A stretch of DNA of 64,000 bases from Terriglobia bacterium (lineage in GTDB: Bacteria > Acidobacteriota > Terriglobia > JAJPHL01 > JAPKYU01), in contig CBDBKE010000004.1 in NCBI GenBank assembly GCA_965206645.1, forward strand, positions 320,001 to 384,000, written 5' to 3'. How positions within the stretch are numbered: the first letter of the stretch is position 1; every line of letters starts with the position of its first letter. Below, in pieces: positions 41,535 to 51,340 of this stretch. The notes below the pieces were generated by a model. It ran no database searches and was not told the origin of the DNA. It saw nothing but the letters and a program-made list of their open reading frames with translations. Position numbers and translations under genes: made by a program.

Positions 41535-41556
41535 TCCGCTTAACATCCGCTTAACA
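41535..41556 (+). promoter_or_regulatory. 11-bp direct repeat (TTAACA-N5-TTAACA), candidate PhoB/OmpR-family site
   Basis: TCCGCTTAACA twice in tandem, upstream of 41714. Confidence 0.4.
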
Positions 41557-41713
41557 TTGCGCAGCCGCCGTTGAGAGTAGCGGCGTTGCCTTTCAATGGA
41601 AAGCGATTTGCTGAAGTCCTAGTGTTGCGTGTAGGATGCTCAATGTATTCCTGTGCATGGGGTCCCGCTTCTGCATGCACGTGAGCGCAGTTTAATTTCA
41701 TGCGAGGAGAGCG

Positions 41714-43501
41714 ATGAGCACAAACAGCCAGTCTTTCCACAGTCCAGAAAGTGGGCTTGTTCAAATCCAGCCGGTCGAGGAGATGATCCGGCAGCGCCTG
41801 ACCGAAGAACGGGTGCGCATGGAAAAGGAAGCCGGGGTCACTCGGAAATCGGTCCACCACTTCAAGGGACCCGTGGAGCGGCCTTTCACCAAGAGTCAAC
41901 GCCCCCACACCACGCTGCTGTTCGGCGGCCTCACCTGGAAGCACGAGAAGCTGATCCTAGGTGCGTGGGAAGGTCTGGGCTACAAGTGTGAAGTGGTGCC
42001 CACACCCGACGTGAAAGCGTTTCAAACGGGGAAGGAGTACGGGAATAACGGGCAGTGCAACCCGACCTACTTCACGGTGGGCAACCTGGTCCAGTACCTG
42101 CAGGGACTGGAAGCCCAGGGCATGAGCAAGGACGAGATTGCCAACAACTACATTTTCCTGACCGCCGGCGCCTGCGGGCCGTGTCGTTTCGGCATGTACG
42201 AAGCCGAGTACCGACTGGCGCTGCGCAACGCCGGCTTTGGCGACTTCCGGGTCGTCCTGTTCCAGCAGGGCGGGGGCCTTTCCCAGTCCGATGCCGAGGC
42301 CGGCCTGGAAATGAACCTGGATTTCTTCCTCACCATGATCAACTCCATGAACATCGGCGACCTCATGGGCGAGATGACTCACTTGATCGCTCCCTTTGAG
42401 GTCAAGGAAGGTGAGACCGACAGGGTGCTGGAAGAAGTGATGGACTACATGCACGAGGTGATGCGGAAGAAGCGCCCGTGGCAGCTCAACGGCAACCTGG
42501 AGCGCTACCTCAAACACTTCCCCAAGGTTGCTGACACGGGCTCTTACTTGGGCAAATTCCTGAACCAAATCCTGGGCGACGACTATATAGAGGCCCTGCA
42601 CCACGTGCGGGACCGCTTTGAGCAAATCGAAGTCGACCCCCTGCGGGTCAAGCCCATTGTGAAGATCACCGGTGAGTTCTGGGCGCAGACCACAGAGGGC
42701 GACGGGAACTTTAACATGTTTGCCTTCCTGGAGCGGGAGGGGGCCCAGATCCTGGTGGAGCCGGTCGGGACCTGGATCATGTACATGCTGCACCAGGCGG
42801 TCCAGTCTATCCGTGACAAGAAAGGCCTGGAGGAAGGCATCGTCAGCCCGCCCAAGTGGCGCCTGGACAAACACGCGAAAATCGAGATCAACTACCGCAA
42901 GAAGCTTGCGCAATTGAAGATAGCGGAAGCCATCTTCAAGCGGGAATACCACCGCGTCAAGGACGCCCTGGGAGGCATTGCACACGGGCTTACCGACCAG
43001 TACGAGATGCAGCGGCTGGGGCATCCCTTCTACAATTCCCGCTCCGCCGGCGGCGAAGGGCACCTGGAAGTGGCCAAGAACATCTACTACTCGAACAAAG
43101 ACCTCTGCCACATGGTGCTTTCCCTGAAGCCGTTCGGTTGCATGCCCTCGACGCAGTCCGACGGGGCGCAGTCGGCGGTCATCACCCAATATAAGGACAT
43201 GATCTTCCTGCCCGTCGAGACCTCCGGTGAAGGCGAGATCAACGCCCATAGCCGCGTGCAGATGGCTTTGGGCGAGGCCAAGCTAAAGACGAAGAACGAG
43301 TTCGCCGAAGCGCTCCAGAACACGGGCTTGACCCTGGAGGAGTGCAAGGCCTACGTGAACGCGACCCCGGAGCTGAAGCGGCCCATGTATCACGTCCCGC
43401 AACGGAAAGGTGTGATCGGCGGCGCCGCTCTGATGGTGTACCACATCGGTGACCGGATGAAGCAGGACCAGGGGAAGGGCACCACAACCCAGGTCCACTA
43501 A
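41714..43501 (+). CDS. PlsR-like reductase/dehydratase component (2-hydroxyacyl-CoA dehydratase D-like)
   Basis: CNPT..TVG, GACGPCRFGMY, GEF, GGEG, PFGCMP. Confidence 0.75.
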   Translation: MSTNSQSFHSPESGLVQIQPVEEMIRQRLTEERVRMEKEAGVTRKSVHHFKGPVERPFTKSQRPHTTLLFGGLTWKHEKLILGAWEGLGYKCEVVPTPDVKAFQTGKEYGNNGQCNPTYFTVGNLVQYLQGLEAQGMSKDEIANNYIFLTAGACGPCRFGMYEAEYRLALRNAGFGDFRVVLFQQGGGLSQSDAEAGLEMNLDFFLTMINSMNIGDLMGEMTHLIAPFEVKEGETDRVLEEVMDYMHEVMRKKRPWQLNGNLERYLKHFPKVADTGSYLGKFLNQILGDDYIEALHHVRDRFEQIEVDPLRVKPIVKITGEFWAQTTEGDGNFNMFAFLEREGAQILVEPVGTWIMYMLHQAVQSIRDKKGLEEGIVSPPKWRLDKHAKIEINYRKKLAQLKIAEAIFKREYHRVKDALGGIAHGLTDQYEMQRLGHPFYNSRSAGGEGHLEVAKNIYYSNKDLCHMVLSLKPFGCMPSTQSDGAQSAVITQYKDMIFLPVETSGEGEINAHSRVQMALGEAKLKTKNEFAEALQNTGLTLEECKAYVNATPELKRPMYHVPQRKGVIGGAALMVYHIGDRMKQDQGKGTTTQVH

Positions 43502-43565
43502 CCCTCTGGAGCCACCTGAGGCCCGGAACTGTGCTGCCGCTAGCTATGGCATCGAGATAAAACTT

Positions 43566-46500
43566 ATGCGTACAAGCTACATGATCGGGATGGACGTTGG
43601 CTCGACTACCGTCAAAGCGGTGGTAGTGGAGGCAGCGACAGACAAAATCATCTGGGATGATTATCAGCGCCACGACACCAAGCAGCCGGAAAAGGTCCTG
43701 GAGCTACTCAAGCAGATCGAGAACGACGTACCCGATCTGAAGTCCGAAAATACCCGGCTGTTCGTTACGGGGAGCGGCGGCAACGGACTGGCCAAGTTCC
43801 TGGGCGGCAAGTTCGTTCAGGAGGTCAACGCGGTTTCGCTGGCCGTGGAAAAACTTTACCCCGATTGCGAGTCGGTGATCGAGCTGGGCGGACAGGACGC
43901 CAAGATCATCATCTTCAAGCCCGACCCGGAGACGGGACGCAAGAAGAAGCTTCCCAGCATGAATGACAAGTGCGCTGGCGGCACCGGGGCGGTCATTGAC
44001 AAGATTAACGCCAAGCTGCGCATTCCGGCGGACCAGCTTTGCGAGATGGGCTATTACGACGTGAAACTGCACCCGGTGGCGGGCAAGTGTGGCGTCTTTG
44101 CCGAAACCGACATCAATGGGTTACAGAAGCAGGGCGTTGAACCTCCCGAATTGATGGCTTCTTTGTTCGAAGCCATTGTGCAGCAGAACCTGTCGGTGCT
44201 GACCCGTGGGAACACGCTGCGCCCGGTGGTGCTGCTATTGGGCGGCCCCAACACCTACATCAAGGGGATGCAGGACTGCTGGAAGCACAACATTCCCAAG
44301 ATTTGGGAAGAGCGCAACTTTCCGCTCCCGGCGGGTGTGGACCCCAAGGATCTGATCCGCACTCCCGAGAATGCCCAATACTTCGCGGCGATTGGCTCAG
44401 TGGAGTTCGGTAAGACCGAAGAGGAGCATATCGGCCGCTACCTGGGCTGCGAAAAGCTGGAGTGGTACATCACCGTCGGTCGCGACGAGGAGAAGGCCAA
44501 GAGGGCTGGCGGCGGCGGCCTGGCAAAGAACCAGGAAGATCTGGATGCATTCTACGCCGGCTACGGCAAGCGGGAGAAGTTCAAATCCGCCCAGCTTCAG
44601 CCCGGCACGGTGCTCGAAGGCTTTATCGGCATTGATGGCGGCTCCACCTCCACCAAGGGCGTCATTGTGGACCATGACCGCAACGTACTCTTCAAGAACT
44701 ATTCGCTTTCGAAGGGCAATCCCATCGAGGATACGATGGAGTTGCTGGCCCGGCTGCGCAAGCAGGTGGAAGACCAGGGGGCCACGTTGCAGGTGCTTGG
44801 CGTGGGCACCACCGGGTACGCCAAGGACATCCTGAAAGACGCCGTCAACGCCGATGTGGCGCTGGTCGAGACGGTGGCCCACACGGAGTCGGCGGTGCAT
44901 TTCTACCCCGGTGTGGACGTCATCTGCGACGTCGGCGGGCAGGACATCAAGATCATCATCCTGAAGGACGGCCGGGTGAAGGACTTCAAGCTCAACACCC
45001 AGTGCTCGGCCGGCAACGGCTACTTTCTCCAGTCCACGTGCGAGGGCTTTGGCCTCCAGGTGGAGCAGTATGCCGACATTGCCTTCGGCGCTACTTCTTT
45101 TCCGCAGTTCGGTTATGGTTGCGCAGTGTTCATGCAGTCCGACATCGTGGACTTCCAGCGGCAGGGCTGGAAGGCGGAAGAGATCATGGCCGGGCTGTGC
45201 AACGTGCTGCCTAAGAACATCTGGCTGTACGTCAGCCAGATCCCGAACCTCTCCTCGTTGGGAACCCAGTTCGTGCTCCAGGGTGGGACGCAGCACAACC
45301 TGGCAGCGGTCAAAGCGCAGGTGGACTTCATTGGGGGCAGGTTCAAGGGCAAGGGTCTGGAACCCGACGTCGTCGTCCACAAGCACTGCGGAGAAGCCGG
45401 CGCCATCGGGTGTGCCTTTGAGGCAGTGCGCCTCTATGAGAACGGACGCCGGACCAGCTTTATGGGACTGGATGCCGTAGCCCAGATCACTTACACGACC
45501 ACGAGGAATGAGAGCACCCGCTGCTACTTCTGCAAGAACAAGTGCTTGCGCACCTTCATTGATATCCAGGCGTCCACAGCCAGCGACACCACCCGGCCGC
45601 CGGTCAAGAGCAAAGTGCCCCTGGAGCCCGGCGCACAGCGCCTGATCATCGCCACCTGCGAGAAGGGCACGGTCGAGAATGTGGACGATATGCGCCACAT
45701 CAAGTCCGGCCTGGACGCCATGAAGAAAGAAAACCCCAACCTGGTGGACGTGGCCTCCAGAGCCGCCTTCCGTAGCTACGGCGCCCCGGTCGTGGCGGAC
45801 CCGGTCCCCCGGCGGGCTTTTACCCAAGGACAAAAGAAGCGCGTCCAGCTTATGAAGAGGCGCTCGGAAATCAAGATCGGCATGCCCCGGGTGCTGAACA
45901 TGTACTCGCAGACGCCTTTCTTCTCTGGCTACTTCGAGGCGCTGGGCGTGAAGCCGGAGAACCTGATTTACTCCGACTACACCAGTGAGCAGCTTTACAA
46001 GGAGGGCGCCAAGCGCGGCGCCATTGACCCGTGCTTCCCCAGCAAGGTCGGCATTCCTCATGTCCACAACCTGCTCTATGTGATTCACCCTAAGAAGAAG
46101 CTGGACGTCGTCTTCTTCCCGATGATTGACAGCCTGACCTCGGACTTGATCGGCACCCAGGACAGCCGTGCCTGCCCGACCGTGACGGGCACGCCGTCAG
46201 CGGTCAAGGCTGCCTTCACCAAGGAAGGTGACCTGTTCCGGGAGAAGGGCGTACTCTGGATGGACACCTTGGTTTGCATGGACAAGCCCGACGTGCTGTG
46301 CCGCCAGATGTACGAGGACTGGAAGGACATTTTGGGACTAAGTGAGGAAGAGAACTACCGGGCCGTCGAGGAAGGGTACAAACAGCTGAATTATTTCGAC
46401 AACGTCGTGCTGCGCGGCCAAGCCCGGGAAATCATCAAGAAGCTGGAGGCTGAGGACAAGCTGGCCATCGTGCTGCTGGCCCGGCCCTACCACAATGACC

Positions 46501-47072
46501 CGGGCATCAACCACGAAATCCTGGAGGAGTTCCAGAAGCTGGGCTACCCGGTCATCGCCCAGGACGCCCTGCCGATTGATGACGATATGCTCTGGAAGCT
46601 CTTCCACGAGGAAGTACAGGCCGGGGAAATCGCGCACCCGATGGCCATTAGCGACGTCTGGAAGAACTCCTACAGCGAGAACACCAGCCGCAAGGTCTGG
46701 GCGGCCAAGTACATTGCCCGGCACCCGAATCTGGTGGCCCTGGAGATGTCCAGCTTCAAGTGCGGCCACGACGCGCCCATTTACTCGGTGGTCGAGGAGA
46801 TTGTGGAACACTCCGGCACGCCGTACTTCTGCTTTAAGGACATTGACGAGAACAAGCCAACCGGCTCGATCAAGATTCGGGTCGAGACCATTGGCTACTT
46901 CCTGAAGCGGTACCGTGAGGACATGGTGCGGGCCAAGCAGAAGAACGCTGAGATTGACACCCGCTTGGGCGAACTGGAAGAGCAACTCCGCCGCGAGTTC
47001 ACCGCGCACCCCGAGTGGACTCCCTCGCCGGAGCAGGCAGCCGAAATCGAGGAAGCCATCCCCGGCGACTAG
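43566..47072 (+). CDS. PlsA/Ger-like protein: two BadF/BadG/BcrA/BcrD ATPase domains plus a DUF2229-like domain
   Basis: GMDVGSTTVK, ELGGQDAK, CAGGTG; GIDGGSTSTK, DVGGQD.K, CSAGNG; IG.PR.LN.Y, CFPSK, RPYH.DP.INH, FKCG.DA. Confidence 0.85.
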   Translation: MRTSYMIGMDVGSTTVKAVVVEAATDKIIWDDYQRHDTKQPEKVLELLKQIENDVPDLKSENTRLFVTGSGGNGLAKFLGGKFVQEVNAVSLAVEKLYPDCESVIELGGQDAKIIIFKPDPETGRKKKLPSMNDKCAGGTGAVIDKINAKLRIPADQLCEMGYYDVKLHPVAGKCGVFAETDINGLQKQGVEPPELMASLFEAIVQQNLSVLTRGNTLRPVVLLLGGPNTYIKGMQDCWKHNIPKIWEERNFPLPAGVDPKDLIRTPENAQYFAAIGSVEFGKTEEEHIGRYLGCEKLEWYITVGRDEEKAKRAGGGGLAKNQEDLDAFYAGYGKREKFKSAQLQPGTVLEGFIGIDGGSTSTKGVIVDHDRNVLFKNYSLSKGNPIEDTMELLARLRKQVEDQGATLQVLGVGTTGYAKDILKDAVNADVALVETVAHTESAVHFYPGVDVICDVGGQDIKIIILKDGRVKDFKLNTQCSAGNGYFLQSTCEGFGLQVEQYADIAFGATSFPQFGYGCAVFMQSDIVDFQRQGWKAEEIMAGLCNVLPKNIWLYVSQIPNLSSLGTQFVLQGGTQHNLAAVKAQVDFIGGRFKGKGLEPDVVVHKHCGEAGAIGCAFEAVRLYENGRRTSFMGLDAVAQITYTTTRNESTRCYFCKNKCLRTFIDIQASTASDTTRPPVKSKVPLEPGAQRLIIATCEKGTVENVDDMRHIKSGLDAMKKENPNLVDVASRAAFRSYGAPVVADPVPRRAFTQGQKKRVQLMKRRSEIKIGMPRVLNMYSQTPFFSGYFEALGVKPENLIYSDYTSEQLYKEGAKRGAIDPCFPSKVGIPHVHNLLYVIHPKKKLDVVFFPMIDSLTSDLIGTQDSRACPTVTGTPSAVKAAFTKEGDLFREKGVLWMDTLVCMDKPDVLCRQMYEDWKDILGLSEEENYRAVEEGYKQLNYFDNVVLRGQAREIIKKLEAEDKLAIVLLARPYHNDPGINHEILEEFQKLGYPVIAQDALPIDDDMLWKLFHEEVQAGEIAHPMAISDVWKNSYSENTSRKVWAAKYIARHPNLVALEMSSFKCGHDAPIYSVVEEIVEHSGTPYFCFKDIDENKPTGSIKIRVETIGYFLKRYREDMVRAKQKNAEIDTRLGELEEQLRREFTAHPEWTPSPEQAAEIEEAIPGD

Positions 47073-47110
47073 TGGTGTTTTCCCGCGACGGTTTCTAGAG
47101 CTGATACCAA

Positions 47111-47136
47111 GCCCTCCTTTCGGGGAGGGCTTTTTT
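47111..47136 (+). terminator. Rho-independent terminator
   Basis: GCCCTCC-TTTCGG-GGAGGGC followed by T6. Confidence 0.85.
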
Positions 47137-47209
47137 CTGCAGGAAGGGCGTGTTAGTCTTTCGCTGTGGGCATCTCCGACAAAAAGTACGACAAAACAGC
47201 AGAGGGCGA

Positions 47210-47488
47210 ATGATGTTTGAAGCCGATAAGGTGATGTTTGAAGTCTACCGGGAGCCGTTGGCCGGCAAGTACAAGGTGCTGTACTTCACCGAGCTGCAGG
47301 ATCACAACAAGGAGTGGGAGCTCAACCGGGCGCTGGCCGGTGACCACTTCTACGATGGGTTCATTCGCAACTACCGCAAGGAGCAGGCCAAAGGCGTCAT
47401 CCAGCAACTGCTCGACCGAATGAACGAGGGGGAGCAGATTACCGCCGAAGAGTTTGAATCCGCAATCCGCGAGTACACCCCCGCCTGA
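47210..47488 (+). CDS. Hypothetical protein
   Basis: 92-aa ORF with host-like codon usage. Confidence 0.65.
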   Translation: MMFEADKVMFEVYREPLAGKYKVLYFTELQDHNKEWELNRALAGDHFYDGFIRNYRKEQAKGVIQQLLDRMNEGEQITAEEFESAIREYTPA

Positions 47489-47498
47489 TACCCACCCA

Positions 47499-48035
47499 AT
47501 GGAAGCCGAATACCTCCAGATCGCAGGCCTGGTCGAGGCAGAGTTTGCCCGCAATAAGGCCCGCTTCGGCGACCGCATGCGCTGTGGCCTGGGGTGCACC
47601 GATTGCTGCCACCACCTGTTCGATGTGGACACGCTGGAGGCCCGTCGCATCGCCGCCTACGTGGCCGGGTTGCCAAACCCGGAACAGGAGAAGCTTTGGG
47701 CACGGGCCCGGCTTTACCAGCAGCAGCACAGCAAGCTCGAAGGGCGGCGGCTGGCTTGCGCGGCCCTCACGCCGGAGGGTGCGTGCGCCATCTATCCTGC
47801 CCGGCCGCTCGTGTGCCGCAAGTTCGGCATGCCCATCTACGACCCCCGCCAGCCCGGCCGGCTCAAAGCCTGCGAACTGAACTTCCTGCCAGGGGAAGAG
47901 ATTGACTCCGAAGGTATCGTTGAGCGCCAGACTGAAATTCACCAGCAGTGGGAGGCCCTGAAACGCCGCCACTCCGACGAGCGCCGCTGGACAGTAGCCA
48001 CCGCATTGCTAACGACCTGCGATGAGGATTCTTGA
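47499..48035 (+). CDS. YkgJ-family cysteine cluster protein
   Basis: CxxGCxxCC, C..L...G.C.IY..RP.VCR. Confidence 0.88.
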   Translation: MEAEYLQIAGLVEAEFARNKARFGDRMRCGLGCTDCCHHLFDVDTLEARRIAAYVAGLPNPEQEKLWARARLYQQQHSKLEGRRLACAALTPEGACAIYPARPLVCRKFGMPIYDPRQPGRLKACELNFLPGEEIDSEGIVERQTEIHQQWEALKRRHSDERRWTVATALLTTCDEDS

Positions 48036-48576
48036 CCAGCCTGCCCTGAACCACACCGAGTACTTAGCCTGCCTGGCTGCCTTCTCGAACTCGCTGGGCC
48101 GCAACCTGGGGGAAACCGATGCCTACCTGGCAAAGCTGGCCGGCAAGCGCAAGGGCAGCCATTTCGGTTGGGAGATGGCGCTGGACAAGGCCCGCTACGG
48201 CGCGCTGATCGTGCTGGAGCGCTGGAAGGAGTTCAACCAGCGGTTCGCCGATTCGCTCCGCAACACCCCCGCCCGCGCCATGGCCGAGGCAGCCGCTCCC
48301 CGGTGCGACACGGCCGCGCAGGCCCTGGAGGCGGCTTACTACAGTCTGGATCAGTTGGATGAGTACAGCGAGTTGCTCGTGCAGGAGGCGATGAGGCGGC
48401 TCCGTGCGGTCGAGAAAATCTTCGCTGAAGAACGCGAGGCTGCGTCGCGGGCGAGCAGCCAGTTCAGCCCGGAGAGTCCCACCCTTACGGTGGTGGGCGG
48501 GCCCGCTGGACCAGCGTCCGCGGACAAATTCCACAGCGTGTATGACAGCTTCCTCACCGATCTAGGCCGGCGGTGA
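48022..48576 (+). CDS. Hypothetical helical protein
   Basis: Overlaps the upstream gene; host-like codon usage. Confidence 0.65.
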   Translation: MRILDQPALNHTEYLACLAAFSNSLGRNLGETDAYLAKLAGKRKGSHFGWEMALDKARYGALIVLERWKEFNQRFADSLRNTPARAMAEAAAPRCDTAAQALEAAYYSLDQLDEYSELLVQEAMRRLRAVEKIFAEEREAASRASSQFSPESPTLTVVGGPAGPASADKFHSVYDSFLTDLGRR

Positions 48577-48645
48577 GACGTAGCGACAGGCATTCTTACC
48601 TGTCCATTCGGTGCAATTCCTCCCTGTTCGTGCGGTGCAATTCCT

Positions 48646-49002
48646 ATGGATGAGTTCTGGCGAGAAGAGGTCATCGGGTTTGCGCTCGACCACGATACCG
48701 AGCGCCACATTGCCGAGCAGAAAGCGGCCATCGCCGCCAACCCAAATGATGCCCGCGCCCACTTGAACCTCGGCTTGCTCTTCCAGATTCAGTACAAGCA
48801 GGACCTTGCCGTCGAGTATTTCCTCAAAGCGCTTTCGCTCGACCCACGCCTGGCCGCTGCTCATGTCAGCCTCGGCCGTGCCTATGCGGTGCGCGGCGAA
48901 ATGGAGAAAGCCTGGGAGCACGCACATGTGGCCGCCGCGTTAGGCGATAGAAGTCTTCTAGATCAACTTGAACGATACAAGAAGGATGCAGGAATAAAGT
49001 GA
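48646..49002 (+). CDS. Tetratricopeptide repeat protein
   Basis: AHLNLG....A...F.KAL.LDP..A.AH..LG. Confidence 0.85.
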   Translation: MDEFWREEVIGFALDHDTERHIAEQKAAIAANPNDARAHLNLGLLFQIQYKQDLAVEYFLKALSLDPRLAAAHVSLGRAYAVRGEMEKAWEHAHVAAALGDRSLLDQLERYKKDAGIK

Positions 49003-49023
49003 AGCTTTACATTAACGCCCCAA

Positions 49024-49890
49024 TCAGAAGTACTTGCCCACCAGCAGCTCTAGCTTCTGGCGGGTGGCAGCCGGGATTTTGCTGCGGTCGGTGATTATCG
49101 CGTGGGCCAGGGCCGACCCGCACTTGCAAGCCCGATCATGTGGCATCGCTTGAACGGCCTTGGCCAACACCCGGACAGCATTGGCGGCATTCTTGTTCAG
49201 ATAGTTGATCACCTCCGTCACGGTGACCGCGTCGTGCCCCGGATGCCAGCAATCGTAGTCGGTCACCATAGCGACGGTCGCGTAACAGAGCTCGGCCTCC
49301 CGTGCCAGCTTGGCTTCCTGCACATTGGTCATCCCGATGATGTCCATGCCCCAGGAGCGGTACACCTCGGACTCCGCTTTGCTGGAAAAGTTCGGACCCT
49401 CCATACACAGATAGGTCCCGCCGAGCTTCGCCGGCACGCCTACTCCCTGGCAGGCCTCATAGACAACCTTGGCCACTTCCGGGCAAACCGGGTCAGCAAA
49501 GCTAATGTGCACCACCAGGCCATCGCCGAAAAAAGTGGAGACCCGCAACTTTGTATGGTCATAGAACTGGTCGGGAATCAGGAACTCCAGCGGGTGGTGC
49601 TCTTCTTTGAGGGAACCGACGGCGCTGAAGGAAATTACGCGCTCCGCGCCCAGCTTTTTGAAGCCATAGATGTTGGCGCGGAAATTCAGCTCCGTAGGCA
49701 TAATGCGATGGCCGCGCCCATGCCGCGCCAGAAACGCCACGCGCCGCCCGGCCAGAGTGCCGACCAGGTAACTGTCGGACGGGCTTCCCCACGGCGTGCG
49801 GAGTTTCACCTCCCTGATTCCCTCAAGCCCCTGCATGCTGTAGAGGCCGCTTCCGCCGATAATTCCGATCTCTGCGCGCGCTTCTGCCAT
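49024..49890 (-). CDS. mtnP: S-methyl-5'-thioadenosine phosphorylase
   Basis: IGIIGGSGLY, FLARHG, EGP.FS..AES, GMT...EA.LAREA, TDYDCW. Confidence 0.95.
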   Translation of the reverse strand: MAEARAEIGIIGGSGLYSMQGLEGIREVKLRTPWGSPSDSYLVGTLAGRRVAFLARHGRGHRIMPTELNFRANIYGFKKLGAERVISFSAVGSLKEEHHPLEFLIPDQFYDHTKLRVSTFFGDGLVVHISFADPVCPEVAKVVYEACQGVGVPAKLGGTYLCMEGPNFSSKAESEVYRSWGMDIIGMTNVQEAKLAREAELCYATVAMVTDYDCWHPGHDAVTVTEVINYLNKNAANAVRVLAKAVQAMPHDRACKCGSALAHAIITDRSKIPAATRQKLELLVGKYF

Positions 49891-49936
49891 TCCACTCCTT
49901 TCCGCTGCCCGGCCTGCAGCCTTTCCAACCTTTCGC

Positions 49937-50350
49937 TTACGGGTCATTGCTGTCTTCGATCAGCTCCAGCAGTACGCCCCCGGCGCTCTCGGGATGAACA
50001 AACACGTACCGATGCCCTCCGGCACCGCGTTGCGGCTCGGAGTTGATCAGGCGCAGGCCCGCTCGTTTCATTCGCTCCACCACCGCCGCCAGGTTTTCGA
50101 CCCGCAGCGCGATGTGGTGAAGCCCCTCGCCTCGCCGCGCCAGAAAACGCGCGATGGAAGAATCCTCGGCAGTGGCCTCCAGCAGCTCGATCCGGCTCTC
50201 GCCCACCGGAAGCATAGCCAGCCGCACCTTCTCGGCTTCCACCGTCTCGATACCGGACGCCTCCATCTGCAAGTGTTTGCAGTAAAACTCGAGCGCCGCC
50301 TCCAGCGAGCGAACCGCAATCCCAATGTGATCCACGACGTATCGACTCAC
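49937..50350 (-). CDS. mce: Methylmalonyl-CoA epimerase
   Basis: DHIGIAV, IELLE, GEGLHHIA, FVHP...GGVLLEL; adjacent to meaB. Confidence 0.92.
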   Translation of the reverse strand: MSRYVVDHIGIAVRSLEAALEFYCKHLQMEASGIETVEAEKVRLAMLPVGESRIELLEATAEDSSIARFLARRGEGLHHIALRVENLAAVVERMKRAGLRLINSEPQRGAGGHRYVFVHPESAGGVLLELIEDSNDP

Positions 50351-51297
50351 AGGCCCGCCTTTTTCAGAACTTCATCCACCACCGAGTAGGGGTCCACCTG
50401 GCGCGCCGCGACTCGCGCCGCGTACTCGTCCAGGAGGCCGTCGTCCAGTGTCTCAATGACTACGCGGTTCAGCAACCGCTCGCGCAGCAACGCCAGGAGG
50501 CGCTGGCGCCAGTTATGCCGCCCCTTCTGCTCGGCCAGACCGGCGCCGTTGAGAAACTCCCGGTAGCGCTCGATCGTAGCCAGCAACTCCTCCACTCCGG
50601 CTCCTTCGGTGGCTACCGTCCTGAGCACCACCGGCGCCCAGCCATCGGCGCGCTGAGAGATGGTAAGCAGGGCGTGGAGTTCCGCCTCAAGCCGGTCGCT
50701 GCCATCCCGGTCGGCTTTGTTGATGGCGAAGATGTCGGCAATTTCCATCAGGCCGGCCTTGATAGTCTGCACGTCGTCGCCCATGCCGGGGACCAGTAGC
50801 ACCACGGTCACGTCGGCGAGCTTCACAATGTCCACCTCATCCTGGCCCACGCCGACCGTTTCCACGACCACGATGTCCCTGCCGGCGGCGTCGAGCAGTG
50901 TGGCCACGTCCACAGTAGCGCGCGCCAGGCCGCCCAGGCTGCCACGGGTAGCCATGCTGCGGATGTAGATCCCCGGGTCGCTGCTGTGGCTCTGCATGCG
51001 AATCCGGTCTCCCAGAATGGCCCCGCCGGAAAATGGACTACTGGGGTCCACGGCGATGATTCCGACGGTCTTTTCCTGCCGACGGTAGGCGGCGGCCATG
51101 CGGTCCACCAACGTGCTCTTGCCTGCGCCGGGCGACCCCGTAATGCCCAGCACTAGCGCCCGCCCGGAGTGCGGGAACAATTGCTTGAGCAATTCATCCG
51201 CCTGAGGTTCGCTATTTTCAACGGTGGTGATCGCCCGGGCCAGGGCGCGCAGGTCGCCTGCCAGGATGCTTTGAACCGTGGCTTCAGCCGTGCTCAT
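50347..51297 (-). CDS. meaB: Methylmalonyl-CoA mutase-associated GTPase
   Basis: GSPGAGKST, DPSSPFSGGAILGDRIRM, ETVGVGQ, NKAD. Confidence 0.95.
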   Translation of the reverse strand: MSTAEATVQSILAGDLRALARAITTVENSEPQADELLKQLFPHSGRALVLGITGSPGAGKSTLVDRMAAAYRRQEKTVGIIAVDPSSPFSGGAILGDRIRMQSHSSDPGIYIRSMATRGSLGGLARATVDVATLLDAAGRDIVVVETVGVGQDEVDIVKLADVTVVLLVPGMGDDVQTIKAGLMEIADIFAINKADRDGSDRLEAELHALLTISQRADGWAPVVLRTVATEGAGVEELLATIERYREFLNGAGLAEQKGRHNWRQRLLALLRERLLNRVVIETLDDGLLDEYAARVAARQVDPYSVVDEVLKKAGL

Positions 51298-51340
51298 TTC
51301 TTCATACCTCAAGGCCTCCACACCTCAAGGCCCCCACACC

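Noticed and set aside
41957-46088. Long antisense ORFs (430 aa, 563 aa) and similar shadows elsewhere
   Set aside because: In-register antisense shadows of GC-rich genes with no recognisable motifs
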